Shown one piece after another: positions 13,960 through 26,926 of a stretch of DNA of 64,000 nt (position 1 is the first letter of the stretch; every line of letters begins with the position of its first letter). Origin of the DNA: Octopus sinensis (lineage: Eukaryota); assembly GCF_006345805.1 (NCBI RefSeq), contig NC_042998.1, positions 49,724,001-49,788,000 on the forward strand. Direction: 5' to 3'. The translations under genes and the position numbers were made by a program. The notes beneath the pieces are model-generated. The model saw nothing but the letters and a program-made list of their open reading frames with translations. It did not search any database and was not told the DNA's origin.

Positions 13960-14154
13960 TTCTTTTACTTGTTTCAGTCATTTGACTGCGGCCATGCTGG
14001 AGAACCACCTTAAAGAGTTTTAGTCGAAGGAATCGATCCCAGGATATATTCTTTGTAAACTTAGTGCTTATTCTATCAGCGTCTTTTGCCGAACCGCTAG
14101 AATATATGGGGACATAAACATACCAGTATCGGATGTCACGCGATGGCGGTGGGA

Positions 14155-14199
<45 letters not shown>

Positions 14200-14237
14200 C
14201 ACACACACACACACACACAAACACACACAAACACACA

Positions 14238-14275
<38 letters not shown>

Positions 14276-14393
14276 TACGTATATATACGACGGGGTTCGT
14301 TCAGTTTCTATCAGCCAAATTTACTCACAAGGCTTTTGGGATACGCAGTGGAACTGAAGCTTCCTACCATCTTACCACACAGCCACACCTGCG

Positions 14394-14397
<4 letters not shown>
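13960..14397 (-). mobile_element. SINE B with internal deletion
   Basis: Reverse complement of SINE B tail (cttttacttgtttcagtcatttgactgcggcc) and head (cttaccacacagccacacctgcgcc). Confidence 0.85.
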
Positions 14398-14441
<44 letters not shown>

Positions 14442-14515
14442 ATCTTTGAGTGTGCTTCTCCTTTCGGATTTATGATATTTTTGCAAACGATATATGTATA
14501 TATATATATATATAG

Positions 14516-14546
<31 letters not shown>

Positions 14547-14899
14547 TATATATAGATATATATATATATATAGTATATATATATATATATATTATATATA
14601 TATATATCTATATATATATATATTATATATATATATATATACATACACATACATATGTACGTACATACATACATACATATACATGTCTCCGACTTGTGAA
14701 ATATTTCGCTTTGCAATCTCGTGGCCTCAGGTTTTGTTTCAATATTAGGCTTGGGAAAATTTCATTTTGAATAACCATGAGTCGATCCATACTTTTTGTA
14801 TGTAAATGGCTTGCATAGCGTCCCCATGACTCTGTTTTCGTGGTAAATACAATAATTCTATGTTAGAATTTTAGAGGTATGCTCTCAAAAATGTCATTA

Positions 14900-15360
14900 T
14901 TTTGCTTTCCTATCTAGCTCTGCCAGTTTATTTACCATCCAACTAAGAATATTATAACTAACTTATAACTAGAACGGCTAGAGGGTTAATGCATATTACT
15001 TATTGTTTCCATTTAGCTACGGTTTAACCATTAATTTAATTCATCAATGATATTCTTTCGCCATCTTTATTTGAGTTTGTTGTTCACTGTTTAATTTATT
15101 GATTCCTAAGTATTTGTTGTTTGTGTTTGGTCTAATTCTCTTATTTTAGTTTATATATCTAGCAGGATGTTACTGTTCTTAATTAATTTTCCTATCTTCA
15201 AGGCAGCCTTGTTGAATTTTCTAAACTGAATCTCATACAATTTCTTTAGTAAATCCGCATTCTGTCTGTTGTAATATTTCTAGTTGTTTATGAATTCACT
15301 TAAGATTTAGTTGCTGCAGAATACACTTAAGATCATTCATATACATAAAATATGGTTCAT
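14900..15360 (-). pseudogene. Highly degenerate R4/Dong-type RT fragment
   Basis: Minus frames give FYVYMNDLK, KAALKIGKLIKNSNI, KIRELD...KYLGIN, resembling the RT region of the elements at 55.5-62.2 kb. Confidence 0.55.
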
Positions 15361-15540
15361 TGTCTTATTTTAGCATTGTTACTCTGAGATCAGTTCTATC
15401 TAATATATGAGTTACCGGCGTCAATTGCAGGCAGAAAAATGCATGACGCTAAAAAGTTTACTTGTAATATCTGTCTTCTGGTAGAGATGGATCTAACTCA
15501 TAGTTTCCTCCTCTGCCTATAATTGTAAACCTGTTGGCCA

Positions 15541-15945
15541 TTTACTCTTTTACTTGTTTCAGTCATTTGACTGCGGCCATGCTGGAGCACCGCCTTTAGT
15601 CGATCAAATCGACCCCCAGGACTTATTCTTTGTAAGCCTAATACTTATTCTATCGGTCTCTTTTGCCGAACTGCTAAGTTACGGGGACGTAAACACACCA
15701 GAATCGATTGTCAAGTGATGTTGGGGAGACAAACACAGACACACAAACACACACACACATATACGTATATATACATATATACGACGGGCTTCTTTCAGTG
15801 TTCATCTACAAAATCCACTCACAAGGCTTTGGTCGGCCTGAGGCTATAGTAGAAGACACTTGCCCAAGGTGCCACGCAGTGGGACTGAACCCAGAACCAT
15901 GTGGCTTGTAAGCAAGCTACTTACTACACAGCCACTCATGCGCCT
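15541..15945 (-). mobile_element. SINE B, full length
   Basis: Reverse complement of the complete SINE B sequence seen at 4576-5008. Confidence 0.92.
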
Positions 15946-16094
15946 ATATATCTTCTTATTACTGGTGCTATCTTAATCACGACTTGTACTTCTATGATCT
16001 ATCCGTGGGGGATAAGCTCCAAAGCCATCTTGTAGTTAATCTATTCCATGCTTAAACCTTTTTCTTCTCCAATTTTCAATAATAGCTTTGTTAA

Positions 16095-16320
16095 TCGGAA
16101 GGCATGGAAGTCCTTGTGTCGCTCGAGTAGAGCGCTGAAACCGAACACAGGAGACAGCATGAAGAAAGGAGGAGACGTCGTCATCAATTTTCTGCAGCTG
16201 TTGCTCGGGGTCACTTTCAGTGCCCTCTGTGACACAGGTTCTGCCTATCTCGTATCGGTCTCGTTAGTCACCTCCGCTCCCATGAGAAACAACATGCCGG
16301 AGGCAGAAGTGGATGAATGT
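16095..16320 (+). pseudogene. RTE-type LINE C-terminus with C2H2-like zinc finger
   Basis: Frame reads EHRRQHEERRRRRHQ...FQCPL*HRFCLSRIGLVSHLRSH (CPxCxRxCxSRIGLxSHxRxH pattern of RTE ends). Confidence 0.75.
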
Positions 16321-17161
16321 CTTAGGTCGACGCTATCATCACTTTCGGTGGGCAATTATAAGCAAGTACCAGTAATTAATCTTTGTAGTCACATGAGTCT
16401 ATGTAGCATTGCGTCATAGACACAAACAATAACAACGTTACTTACAAGTTTGTCTCGGATCGACGTTGTCATCACTTTCGGTGGGCAGTCATAAGTAATT
16501 AATCTGTGTAGTCATGAGTCTTTGTAGCATTGCGACTTAAACACAAACGATTGCAACGTTACTTCTTACAGGTTTTATTTACTTATATATTTTGAGAAAA
16601 AAATATGATTGTACAATATGCTCAAGGAACAAAAAAACAAGCGAGAATAAAGAGGAGGAAAGTTTAATATGTGAAGCCTCAATCTTGTGTCATAATGTTC
16701 TGCTTTAGCTGTTTTTGTGATTGCCATTAACACAAAGAATTAAACACATCATCTCACTTCTTACAGATCTAATCTATTTTACAATAAAAAAAATAATCAG
16801 TCCTCATAAAACATACATACATATACATAGTCATACATAAATTACAATAGCCGAGAGATTAATAAGTCCATTTTTTTGAAAGCAGGTTTCTTTCTTCTAG
16901 ATATCTCTTCACTCTCGGCGATATTATTGAAGCTACAGCTTTGTATCTTATAGGAGAGCATGTTATGCGTCTGTCTGGAAGTCTGTGGTTTCGATAGATT
17001 TCTGAATCAAGCTGGTTTTCTTTTCGGTGAGCCTGTTAGGCGTTGTCCAGATTTCCATCAGGATCTCATTAAACCGTTAGAACTTTATGCTTCTTTCTTA
17101 AATACCAGATATTGGAAACTTCATCATGCCTGAATGACTTCCAGTTCTTATTTAATCTATA

Positions 17162-17805
17162 CGAGGGGGTACCCAAAAGTAACTGGAAACGTTCTCTGAG
17201 GGACAATCCCGTTGCAGTTCAGGCTTCCACCGCTAGAAGCCACTTGATACGACCCTCAAACATCATTCTGCTGACTGGCGTTGACCAGTTGGGTCATACT
17301 GCAACGTGGTGCGTCTTTGTTTTACAGTGCTTCTCCCCTGTTCAACGATGTTTTGCGATGGCTAAAACGAAGGAACAGTGTGTTTCTGTGAAATTCTGTT
17401 TCCTGCTTGGGAAAACGGCGACCGAAACAGTTGTCATGCTTCAAACAGCTTACAAGGACACTGACATGAGCAAAACATCAGTTAACGAGTCGTTTCCTCG
17501 CCTTAAGATTGGTCACTTGTTCTTGGTGACCAACCTCGTTCAGGCGACCATCAACCTCCCGAACAAATGAAAACATCATGAAAAATCCTGAACTGATCTT
17601 GGAGGACCGTCACCGAACAATTGACGATGGAGGCGTTAAAAGGCACCATTTTGCTAGAGTTCCAGCACTGCTTCCAGCAATGGAAAACGCACCGGGACCA
17701 ATGCATTGCTTCAAATGAAGAATACTTCGCAGGCGATAAAAGTATAAACATGTAAAACTAAGTGAATAAAATAATTCCGGTTTCTTTTAGGTACCCGCCT
17801 TCCAG
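17162..17805 (+). mobile_element. Internally deleted mariner element with TIRs
   Basis: MAKTKEQCVSVKFCFLLGKTATETVVMLQTAYKD (mariner N-terminal HTH). Left end cgagggggtacccaaaagtaactggaa resembles the reverse complement of right end ttccggtttcttttaggtacccgcct; TA flanks. Confidence 0.85.
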
Positions 17806-17829
17806 TATATTTAATTTTCAGGATCTGGG

Positions 17830-18740
17830 TTAGTTCTGCTGTTATCACCTAGGGTTATTCAGATGATGTGTTCGATGTTCTGACAAAATTTCCGTGGTAA
17901 TTTCGTCGCTGCCTATACTCCATGCCTCCAAATTAAAACGTTTTCTTGGTAAAAACGTTTTTAGTTGGAGTGGTAAAGTTTGTTTCGTGCAAAGAGTCGT
18001 TCACATTTTTTCATACCAACGAATTCTTTACGATTCAGCGAGGACCGCTTGTTTGAGAACTCTCAAGATCTCAAGCCCTTTTTTTCTTTTGTTATGTTGT
18101 ATTTATGTAAATTTGCCTCTCTTTCCGTTTTGTAGTTGTGTCATTTCGTTGTTGTTTTCACAAAGATTTGAAAGATCTTTTCTCCAATCTTCTAATTTTT
18201 TTCTTCTGAATATTTTTTCTATATAATTTACTAGGTTTAAAATACTCTTATTTGAGTATATCTTAGGGAGTGATCATTTTTCTATGTAACCACAGAGACT
18301 GCTACATATAATATTACTTTAGCCTGGTAATGTTGATGTTTCTATCATCTATGTCTATTAAATCCGTGGTAGTCAAGATTGTTTTGTTTAATGTTGCTGC
18401 TTTATTATCATTGAATTACGAAGTGCTTTCTTGGGTCCATAGGATCTTTCGTTTTGAATTCTTGAAGTATACCCAATTTAAGATTTTCAGGAGCATACTT
18501 ACCCCTATTCGTATATTCTTTATAGTATCACTTATTGTTTTCTTTGTACTACTCTGCTTCTCTTTCTGTTGGTTATAATCTTGCAGTTCTCAGGGTTGGA
18601 TTTCTCGTGTTGTTCATTTCGCTTGGGTTGCATGTGTTTGGCCTATCTCAATGGTTTACATTCTCAGTTTGTTTTTTGTATATTATTCTTGTTCAGTATT
18701 TTGTGATACTGCTTTTCCTTTATTCCTTCTTTTAAATGAT
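17830..18740 (-). pseudogene. Degenerate R4/Dong-type ORF N-terminal fragment
   Basis: Minus frames RILWYEKCERLFARNKLYHSNxKRFYQE and NITRLK...YVAVSVVT resemble the 58.0-58.5 kb region of the longer element. Confidence 0.5.
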
Positions 18741-18762
18741 CTGTCTAACTTTCTGATATATA

Positions 18763-18800
18763 GGCGTAGGAGTGGCTGTGTGGTAAGTAGCTTGCTAACC
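18763..18800 (+). mobile_element. 5' part of a SINE B split by the L1/Tx1-type LINE
   Basis: ggcgtaggagtggctgtgtggtaagtagcttgctaacc; the rest of the SINE resumes at 24225. Confidence 0.9.
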
Positions 18801-19267
18801 TCACTGACTGAAGAGTGACTTTGGACGTGTTTGGACGCGTTTTCTTCCCGGTAGGAGTTTTGCTGTGTTGTTAATTGTTGAATTTTACTACTGAAAATTT
18901 GTTTTTGAACGTTGTTGAACTGTCTTGTTCTCCGGTTTTACCGGGGAATAATTGGATAATTTGTTACTGTTGAACTGTTAGCCATTGTGGCATTTTTATC
19001 TACGTGACTATATATAGTCTTGCCAGACTATTTTCGTGCCCCTCCCCCGAATGGGGGTGGGAATTGGAATTTTTGAACTGTTTTTTTATTGAACTACTTT
19101 GGAAGAAAAAACTTTCTATAGGTTTCCCAGTTTTGTGGGAAACCAATATTCGTATTTTTGTGTTGTCTAATTTCAACAGAATAATGTCTGTTGAGATTAT
19201 CACGAAAGTAGTGCTCTTGAGGAGAGCAATGTTAACTGTAGTAAAAAAATTTTCTGCGGTAGCCGCA

Positions 19268-20583
19268 GTGGCTACCGAGAACATTGACATCAATGTCAAT
19301 CAGCTCGTCGAGCTATTTAAAAGAATGCAAGAGGAGGGTGGTGATGTTAAAATATCACCCTCCGCCAGCAGTATCGTGGAGACCGAGAAGCGGACCGTAG
19401 TGTTTAAAACCTTCTGTCCACAAAGCAGAAGGTTCAAACACTTTGAAAAAAACACCATCGAGAAATGCCTGTCCCCGATTTGGAAGGACATTGTGTACGT
19501 CGCCAGGGGACGGGCATATGGCACTGTGGATGTCCGCTTCTCGGGGGAAGAGGTGGCCCGCGGGCATTCTGTGAACCCCCTAAAAACCAAGGAGGTGGTA
19601 CTTTTCCCAAGCTATAGGGGACGCAGGACGTCCCGGGTCAGGATTGCAGAAGCCCCGCCGGAAGTAGATCCGGTAGAGGTAGTGGCCGCCCTGTTTATAA
19701 AAGGACGGACAAAATTAAAATACTACAAGTAACATGCTCTGCCCGATATTGGCTTGGGCGAAACATTAATATATTAATTCAAGGAACACCGGAGGACCTG
19801 CAGCTCCTTCCTGAGAGGGTGCTCGTGGGCGAGAACGTAGCCCTCAGGGTACAGGTCGAAGGCCGAAAAACCCACCTGTTACGCCTGCGGCAAAAAGGGC
19901 CACATTCGTGTAGACTGTCCAGACAAGCAAAAGAAACCGCAGACACCAGGCCCCTCAGATAATAAAAAATCCCTACCCTTGCAAACTCACCTACCCCTAC
20001 AAAAACAAAAAATCCCACTCCTGCTGTTACGGTGCCAACCCAAAACAGACTGAAGAAAAAACCCAGCCCTCGCACTCACAAACCCCTACATTATTAAAAC
20101 CTACCCCCCTAAAAACTGCGGCGCCTACCGAACAAACTATTGCTACCCAGACGATACCATGGAGGTATCGAGGGGGGATTTACACCAGTTCGTAAAAGAA
20201 TTCGTGCATCATCCCCGTCCACATCCCCTACAAAAAATAATAAAAACAAAGACCACCACAGACACGGAAAAAAAAATCCCGCTCAACTGGCCCAGAAAAA
20301 GAAGACAAAAAAAAATGAACTCATATTAATTGAATTCGACACACAAAACAAATACATAAACGATATTGTGGTCAGCATCAGTCAGCAAGACTGTACAACA
20401 AATACAAAGATCGAAACGAGAGATACGCGTGGATTGCGGAAACAACGTTCAAACAATTAAAAGACAGACACCCAAACGCCATCCGGCATATCGCGAACTT
20501 GCCGACTATCTGAAGAAAGAGGAGAAAGAAGGGGCCCACAAATGTGTGGTGAGGTCGGCCCCAACCTCTCCAACGAAATGTAA
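19268..20583 (+). pseudogene. LINE ORF1 (RRM-like region plus zinc knuckle), frameshifted
   Basis: RTVVFKTF...GRAYGTVDVRFSGEE...RVRIAEAPPEV; CYACGKKGHIRVDC at 19877-19918; Pro/Lys-rich tail. Start codon is inferred (GTG at 19268). Confidence 0.8.
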
Positions 20584-20604
20584 GTAGAACTTTTACTTTT
20601 TGTA

Positions 20605-23600
20605 ATGGCTTCTCTTAACCTTGTTGTTTAAATGTGCGTGGTCTGAGTTCGAAGTGGAAGCAGGCTTGTTTCCTCGACGACCTCAGATCACATGATATAC
20701 ATGTGATGGTTGCTACAGAGACCAAGCTGGACAGCCTACAAACCTTCTCGCCTCTCCTGAATGGCTACGAGAAAATCATGTCTCCTGGCCAGACCGGAGG
20801 GGAGGGGGTAGTAGTGGTACTGATCCGTAAAGACTTGGCTCTACAGACAAGTACAGTCTATGTAGACCCAGAAGGTGGGCTGGTCGTCCTTGATGTGACA
20901 TACAGCAGTAAGGCCTTCAGGTTGATCGGACTCTATGCACCTTGTGCTAGAGGTTTCCAAACTGATTTTTATCGGCGCCTAGAGGGCTTTCTCGTGACGT
21001 CGAAGACTTTAGTGATATTAGGGGACTTTAATGCTATCGTTGACGTACACATCGATAGCGTTGGCTCGATCTATAGGAAAGTGAACTCACGTCTCGTGGA
21101 TCTGCTTAAGCGTTTCAGCTGGCAGATCGTTACAGACTTGACCATCCGAACGTCCCAGAGTGGACCTGGATGAGTGGCGACGGAAGGTTCAAGTCTTATC
21201 TAGACAGGATAGTGATAAGAACTAGAGATAAGTCTAGTTTTAGTTGTCCACAGCTCGTCCAGGTGCCCTATACTGACCATAGAATGGTCACGTGTAGACT
21301 GGACATAGATAGCACACTTAAGATAGGAACCGGCTACTGGAAGCTGAACAAGTCTATTTTGACACGCGAGGCATACCGTAGCCGGATTAAGGTGTTAGTG
21401 CAGAGGGCGTTAACCGGAGCCGTGGTTAATAACGGTGGTGGTTCGCCCTCAAAAGAGCCATTCGATTCGAGTCCATTAGATTTAGTAAACAACTAAGACT
21501 AGATAGGGCTAGAATAGAAGGGCAACTAGTTAAGAACTTAGAGGAGGCGTTGAGGTTGGGCTCTGCATCTCACATTTTAGCGGCGAGAACGGCATTAGAC
21601 CGTCACCTCAAAACCAAACATGAGGGATGTAGAGTTCGGGCTAAAGTACGAGCATTGGGCCGTGAGGGAATTAATGTTGCCGGATGGGCCCGTACGATAG
21701 AAACACAGCGTGGAAACGATGCCACAATTGGGTCTCTTGTTGATGAAAACGGATGCACGATCAAGAAGCGGGACGAGATGTGTGAGGCACTTCACAAGCA
21801 CTTCGCCGAGTTGTTCGGGAGGTGCGGGACGCTGGATCATGGTGAGGCCCTTAGGGACTTCCTGTCTGGTGGCCCGCGCCTCTCGACACGAGAGGCTGAG
21901 TGCTGTGAAGGGCCAATCACAGCCGAGGAAGTAATCGAGGTGTGGGCAAGTGCCCCGGGGAGAAGTCGCCGGGTCTCGATGGTCTGCCCTATGAATTTTA
22001 TAAAAGTATGCCAGACTTGTTCGGGCACCTGCTGGCTAGCGTCTACGCCAACTGGCAGCAGAATGGGAGAATTCCCAAGTCTGCGAGCCGGGGGGGCGGT
22101 GACGTTGATCAGGAAGGACCCGAACAAGGGGGACGAGATAGGGAACTTCAGGCCCATAACTCTGTTGAACACAGAGTTAAAGATTCTGGGCAAGGTGCTA
22201 GCAAAAAGGTTGGCGCGGGTCGTGGACAAACTTGTCGGGGAAGCGCAAACGTGCGCTATCCCGGCAGAACGATCTACGACAATCTCACCTTATACGCTAC
22301 TCCTTAGAGAGGGTGGGGAAGTTTCTGGCGCAGGGGGAGCACTGGTACATTTAGACCAGTCCAAAGCATTTGATAGGGTCGACCATCGGTACTTGGCGGC
22401 GGTCCTCGGAGAGGCTGGCCTAGGCCCGACCTTTCGAGGTTGGATCGCTGCTTTGTATAGCGACATCGAGTCTGTAGTCAAGGTGAACGGTTTCTTTTCG
22501 AAGCCGTTCAGGATCGAGCGTTCAGTTCGTCAAGGGTGTCCCCTGTCCTCGCTCCTATACGTATTGGCTCTTGAGCCTTTGCTGCGGAAGTTGGAGGCAC
22601 TAGGGGGCGCGCCGCATGATCTATGGTGTGGAAGAGGAGCTACGGCGTATGCGGATGACACCTCCATCATCGTGGCAGACGAAGGCCAGCTTCCAGTGGT
22701 GGAAGAGGCCATCAAAAGCTACGAGGCGGTGGCAGGAGCAAAGGTTAACAAGGACAAGTCGGTCGGTTTGCAACTCGGCACCTGGAGGGGCAAGCCGATG
22801 CCGTCCAATAACGTGTAGGGCGTTGGACGGAAGGTCCTGTTAAGCTGCTCGGAGTCTGGTTCGGGCCAGACCTCCAGATTGAGAAAAAATTGGAGTGAGG
22901 TGGCCAACAAGGTGACCGCTCTAACCCAGACCTGGTCTGGGCGGGCGTTATCCCTGCTAGGGAAGGCGGAGGTGGTGCAGATGTTTATAGCATCAGTAAT
23001 CACCTACCGTCTGACCGTGGTGCCTTGCCCCGATTTGTGGCTGAACAAGTTGGAGAGAATCCTTTTCCGATTTTTGTGGAAAGGAGGAAAGCCACTTGTA
23101 AAGCGCTCTGTCTGCTGCCAGAAACCGCAAAAGTGTGGGCTAGGGATGCCTTGGCTGAGGATGCGAAAACTCGCGTTAAGGTTGAGGCACCTCTGGCTTT
23201 ACCTGGATGGAGAGCAGGTGTGGTCACCGCACGTCCGGCTCTACCTTCCCCAGTTAACATCCCTAACGGACATTGGTGCATGGATCAAGCGGAGACCTAA
23301 ACTGAGTGAATGGCATTTGGAGTGCCGTCAGGCGCTCCAGCTACTCTCTCGGGTGGGCAACGCCGGCAACAGGAGTTCCACCACGGATTTCTATAGCGGG
23401 TTAGTGGAGATTAAGTCCGAAGACGCCTTGGGGGAGACCCTGGGCTACGATGAAAATCAGTTGGTCAACCTGTTCCGGAGGACGTTCGGGCCGGGGTATC
23501 TGGATAATTACCAGAAATCCCTGGCCTGGCAGTGTTTCCGTGCGGCTTTACCTGTTCGCGACAAGCTGTCAAGGCACGGTAGTGCCGTCTCGCCGACATG

Positions 23601-24002
23601 CCCGCGATGTGAGCAGGATAGGGAGACCGTCTTGCACGCATTCGTGGAGTGTCCGGAGTTATCGGGACTGATAGCTTTTGTTGAACAACTGTTGTCAGTG
23701 ATGGGAAGAGTACAGCTATCAGCTGAGTCTATCATCGAGATTGTGCCGCCCCTTTCCTTAACAGGGAAAGAAAGGCTTGTTTTTTCTGTGTAGTAGCCAT
23801 ACTGAAAGAAACAGTATGGAAGACGCGTACGAAAGGTATAGTGACAGGCACCTTTGTTTCCGGCCAGGGGTTGATTAACTTTTTTAGTTACCACCTCAGT
23901 AGCAAAATCAGGCTGGAGAAGAGTGTCTGTCACGAGATATGTTTGTGAAAAGATGGAAGCCTGTGGCATGCAAGTGGGGTATGTTTGGCACAGGTAAGTG
24001 TG
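20605..24002 (+). pseudogene. LINE ORF2 (APE endonuclease - reverse transcriptase - CCHC), frameshifted
   Basis: NVRGL, ATETK, GLYAP, LGDFNA, TDH (APE); FRPITLLNTELKIL, LDQSKAFDRV, RQGCPLS, AYADD (RT); CPRCEQDRETVLHAFVEC. Gapped across ORFs 20634-21173, 21170-21496, 21550-22818 and 22879-23793. Confidence 0.93.
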
Positions 24003-24224
24003 ACCGGATCAGAAAGTAAAGGTTCTACCCGGATGGCTGGGTGTCCGTCCTTCGACATGATCATTAATAATATTTTAAAATTGTCTTCGTAAAACTCATT
24101 GTTTATAATCTTATCCGTAATTTCATTCGAAAATTTTAACTGTGTTAAGCTACTTCACCCTTTATATTTGTCTGTCCTTGTTGTCCCTCTTTGTAAATGC
24201 CTAAATGGCAAATTATATGAAATA

Positions 24225-24497
24225 AAGTAGCTTGCTTACGAACAACATGGTTCCGGGTTCAGTCCCACTGCGTGGCACCTTGGGCAAGTGTCTCCTACTA
24301 TAGCCTCGGGCCGACCAAAGCCTTGTGAGTGGATTTGATAGACGGAAACTGAAAGAAGCCGTCGTATGTATGTATATATGTATGTGTGAGTGTATGTTTG
24401 TGTGTCTGTGTTTGTCCCCGCAACATCGCTTGACAACCGATGCTGGTGTGTTTACGTCCCCTTAACTTAGCGGTTCGGCAAAAGATACCCATAGAAT
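24225..24497 (+). mobile_element. 3' part of the split SINE B
   Basis: aagtagcttgcttacgaacaacatggttccgggttcagtcccactgcgtggcacc continues the SINE B consensus. Confidence 0.9.
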
Positions 24498-24684
24498 ATA
24501 TTTTTTTCCTTTCGTAGTTCCATCTCTTTCCATCTGTTTGCTCTGTTGTTTTCTTTTCTCTTTTAATTATTCTACTATTCGTTCATTAAAAGGGTATCTT
24601 CCTGAGTGATATCCAGAAGTTATCGAAGTGTCAGCTACAGGAACTTTATCATGCCTACAGCTTCATCTTCATCTTGATCATTCC

Positions 24685-25135
24685 TAGGGCACCTACAACA
24701 ACAAAGATGGTTTTGGTTTTTAATTGCCACACTTAGATATTTCAATCTCAAAGTCCTTATGATTCGACAGTTTCTCCAATTCCTTTGCTGAGATGTTTCT
24801 ATCAGAAGGCACTGTCATATCAATTAACAGGTATGTTTTTTTTTGTCTTAGGTCTTTGATGACGATGTCTGGTCGGTTATACTTATTTACCTGTCTGCAT
24901 GTATCGCATAACCCCATAGAATGGTAACATTCTCTTCCCCGGAGTCTGGCTCTGGAAAGTATTCATACCAGTTTTTAGGGTGCGGGATATCATAGCTGAC
25001 GGCTTACATTCTAGTGAAAAGTATTAGCCATCTCGATCATGCCTGGTTTTATATTCTGTAGGGGCAAGGACTGAGCAACTGGCAACAATGTGATTAATAC
25101 TCTTCAGTATTTCATTTCAGAGTCTACACTTTCTG
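24685..25135 (-). pseudogene. R4/Dong-type LINE C-terminal fragment (CCHC + restriction-like endonuclease)
   Basis: ORF 24720-24917 RPDIVIKD...LLIDMTVPSDRNISAKELEKLS; upstream ESINHIVASCSVLAPTEYKTRHD. Confidence 0.85.
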
Positions 25136-25159
25136 TCTACTTCATTGCGTGTGACATTA

Positions 25160-25332
25160 GCTTATTATTATTATTATTATTATAATCATCATCATCATCC
25201 TCATCATCATTCTTCTTCTTCTTCTTCTTCTTCTTCTTCTTCTTCTTCTTCTTCTTCTTCTTCTTCTTCTTCTTCTTCTTCTTCTTCTTCTTCTTCTTCT
25301 TCTTCTTCTTCTTCGTCGTCGTCGTCCGTCTT

Positions 25333-25363
<31 letters not shown>

Positions 25364-25465
25364 TTATTATTATCATTATTATTACTATTACTATTAATTA
25401 CTATTATTATTAGTATATTATTATCATCATCATCATCATCATTATTATCATTATTATCATTATTA

Positions 25466-25496
<31 letters not shown>

Positions 25497-25550
25497 CATC
25501 ATCATTATTATTATTATTATTATTATTGTTGTTGTTGTTGTTGTTGTTCT
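25160..25550. repeat. Compound trinucleotide microsatellite (TTA/ATC/TTC/GTT)
   Basis: Direct inspection. Confidence 0.95.
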
Positions 25551-26221
25551 TAAAAGGAGACGTGATGGGAAGGGAAGGGAAGGACGAGGAAGAGAAGATG
25601 GCGGAGGACATTAATGACACGTGTAAACAGATATGTATATGAGATACATCCCCAAAGTTATTTGCTTCACGATGTTCAGTTTATCTTCCTGAGTGATATC
25701 CAGAAGTTATCGAAATGTCAACTGCAGTAACTTTATCATGCCTACAGCTTCATCTTCGTCTCCATCGAAATATATCTTTCGTTTCCCAAACAAAGACATC
25801 AGTGCACCGAAGCAAACGTTAGCTGATAAATAGCATAATTCCGAACAGATAAACTATTTATGAAATAAGGATTGCTATTGTGCAAGCTCTGCATGCGTTC
25901 ATTAACTATGTAATTAGCAATCATGTGATGTGCAGGTGTGTTTGTGTACGGCTGTGTGTTTGATTTTATGCAAGAAAGTGCATGTATACATGCAGGCGTG
26001 TGTAAGTATATATTTTATGTGTATGTGTGTGTGAGTGTATGTGTGTGTATGTGTGTGTTTTTCTCTCTTCAGTTCTCACTCTCACAGCGAACACATATTC
26101 ATACATACCTACATACATACATACCATTATATACATGTGTGCATGAATACACACACGCACATACACACACACACATATTACAAACAAGAAAGTTTGTGTA
26201 GAAAATATTGTTGCATATATG

Positions 26222-26285
<64 letters not shown>

Positions 26286-26444
26286 ATATATTACCTATAT
26301 ACGTACTGCACACATACATACATACATGTGTATATGTGTATACATACATGCATGTACACACAAAACATACCACATTCACACATACACATATTACAAACAA
26401 GAAAGTTTGGGTAGAAAATGTTGTTGCATATGTATATATATATA

Positions 26445-26494
<50 letters not shown>

Positions 26495-26550
26495 ATATAT
26501 GTATGTGTATATATTTATATACATACTACAAGCATACATACATACATACA

Positions 26551-26589
<39 letters not shown>

Positions 26590-26926
26590 TATAATACATA
26601 TATTATATATATATATAATATATATATTATTATATATATATATATATATATATATGCATATAGAGAGTGAGAGGGATACATACATGCATGTACACACACA
26701 CATACATACACATATTCTTAGTTTTAAAAACGCAAATGGTAATTTGGAAGATGCTTAAGTAAACGCCGCAAGAATTGGCGTGAGTTGGACGCAGCTTCAA
26801 TGCGAAGATAATTGAAAGAACTCAAAGTACCTAGAAATATTAAAATCAACAGCTGTGGTAAGGAAATGGTGAAAATGATGAAAATTACATAGTCGATAGT
26901 CGTCGAAAATATGATATACACTAACA

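Larger units (their letters stand above)
18801..24226 (+). mobile_element. Full-length L1/Tx1-type non-LTR retrotransposon (dead, multiply frameshifted)
   Basis: 5' UTR, ORF1 with CCHC knuckle, ORF2 with APE + RT + C-terminal CCHC, AATAAA at 24221-24226; TSD aagtagcttgct(a/t)ac at 18785-18799 and 24225-24239. Confidence 0.92.

Noticed and set aside
19004-19267. N-terminal extension of ORF 19004-19732 as real protein
   Set aside because: Lies in the LINE 5' UTR; recognisable ORF1 sequence starts near 19268.
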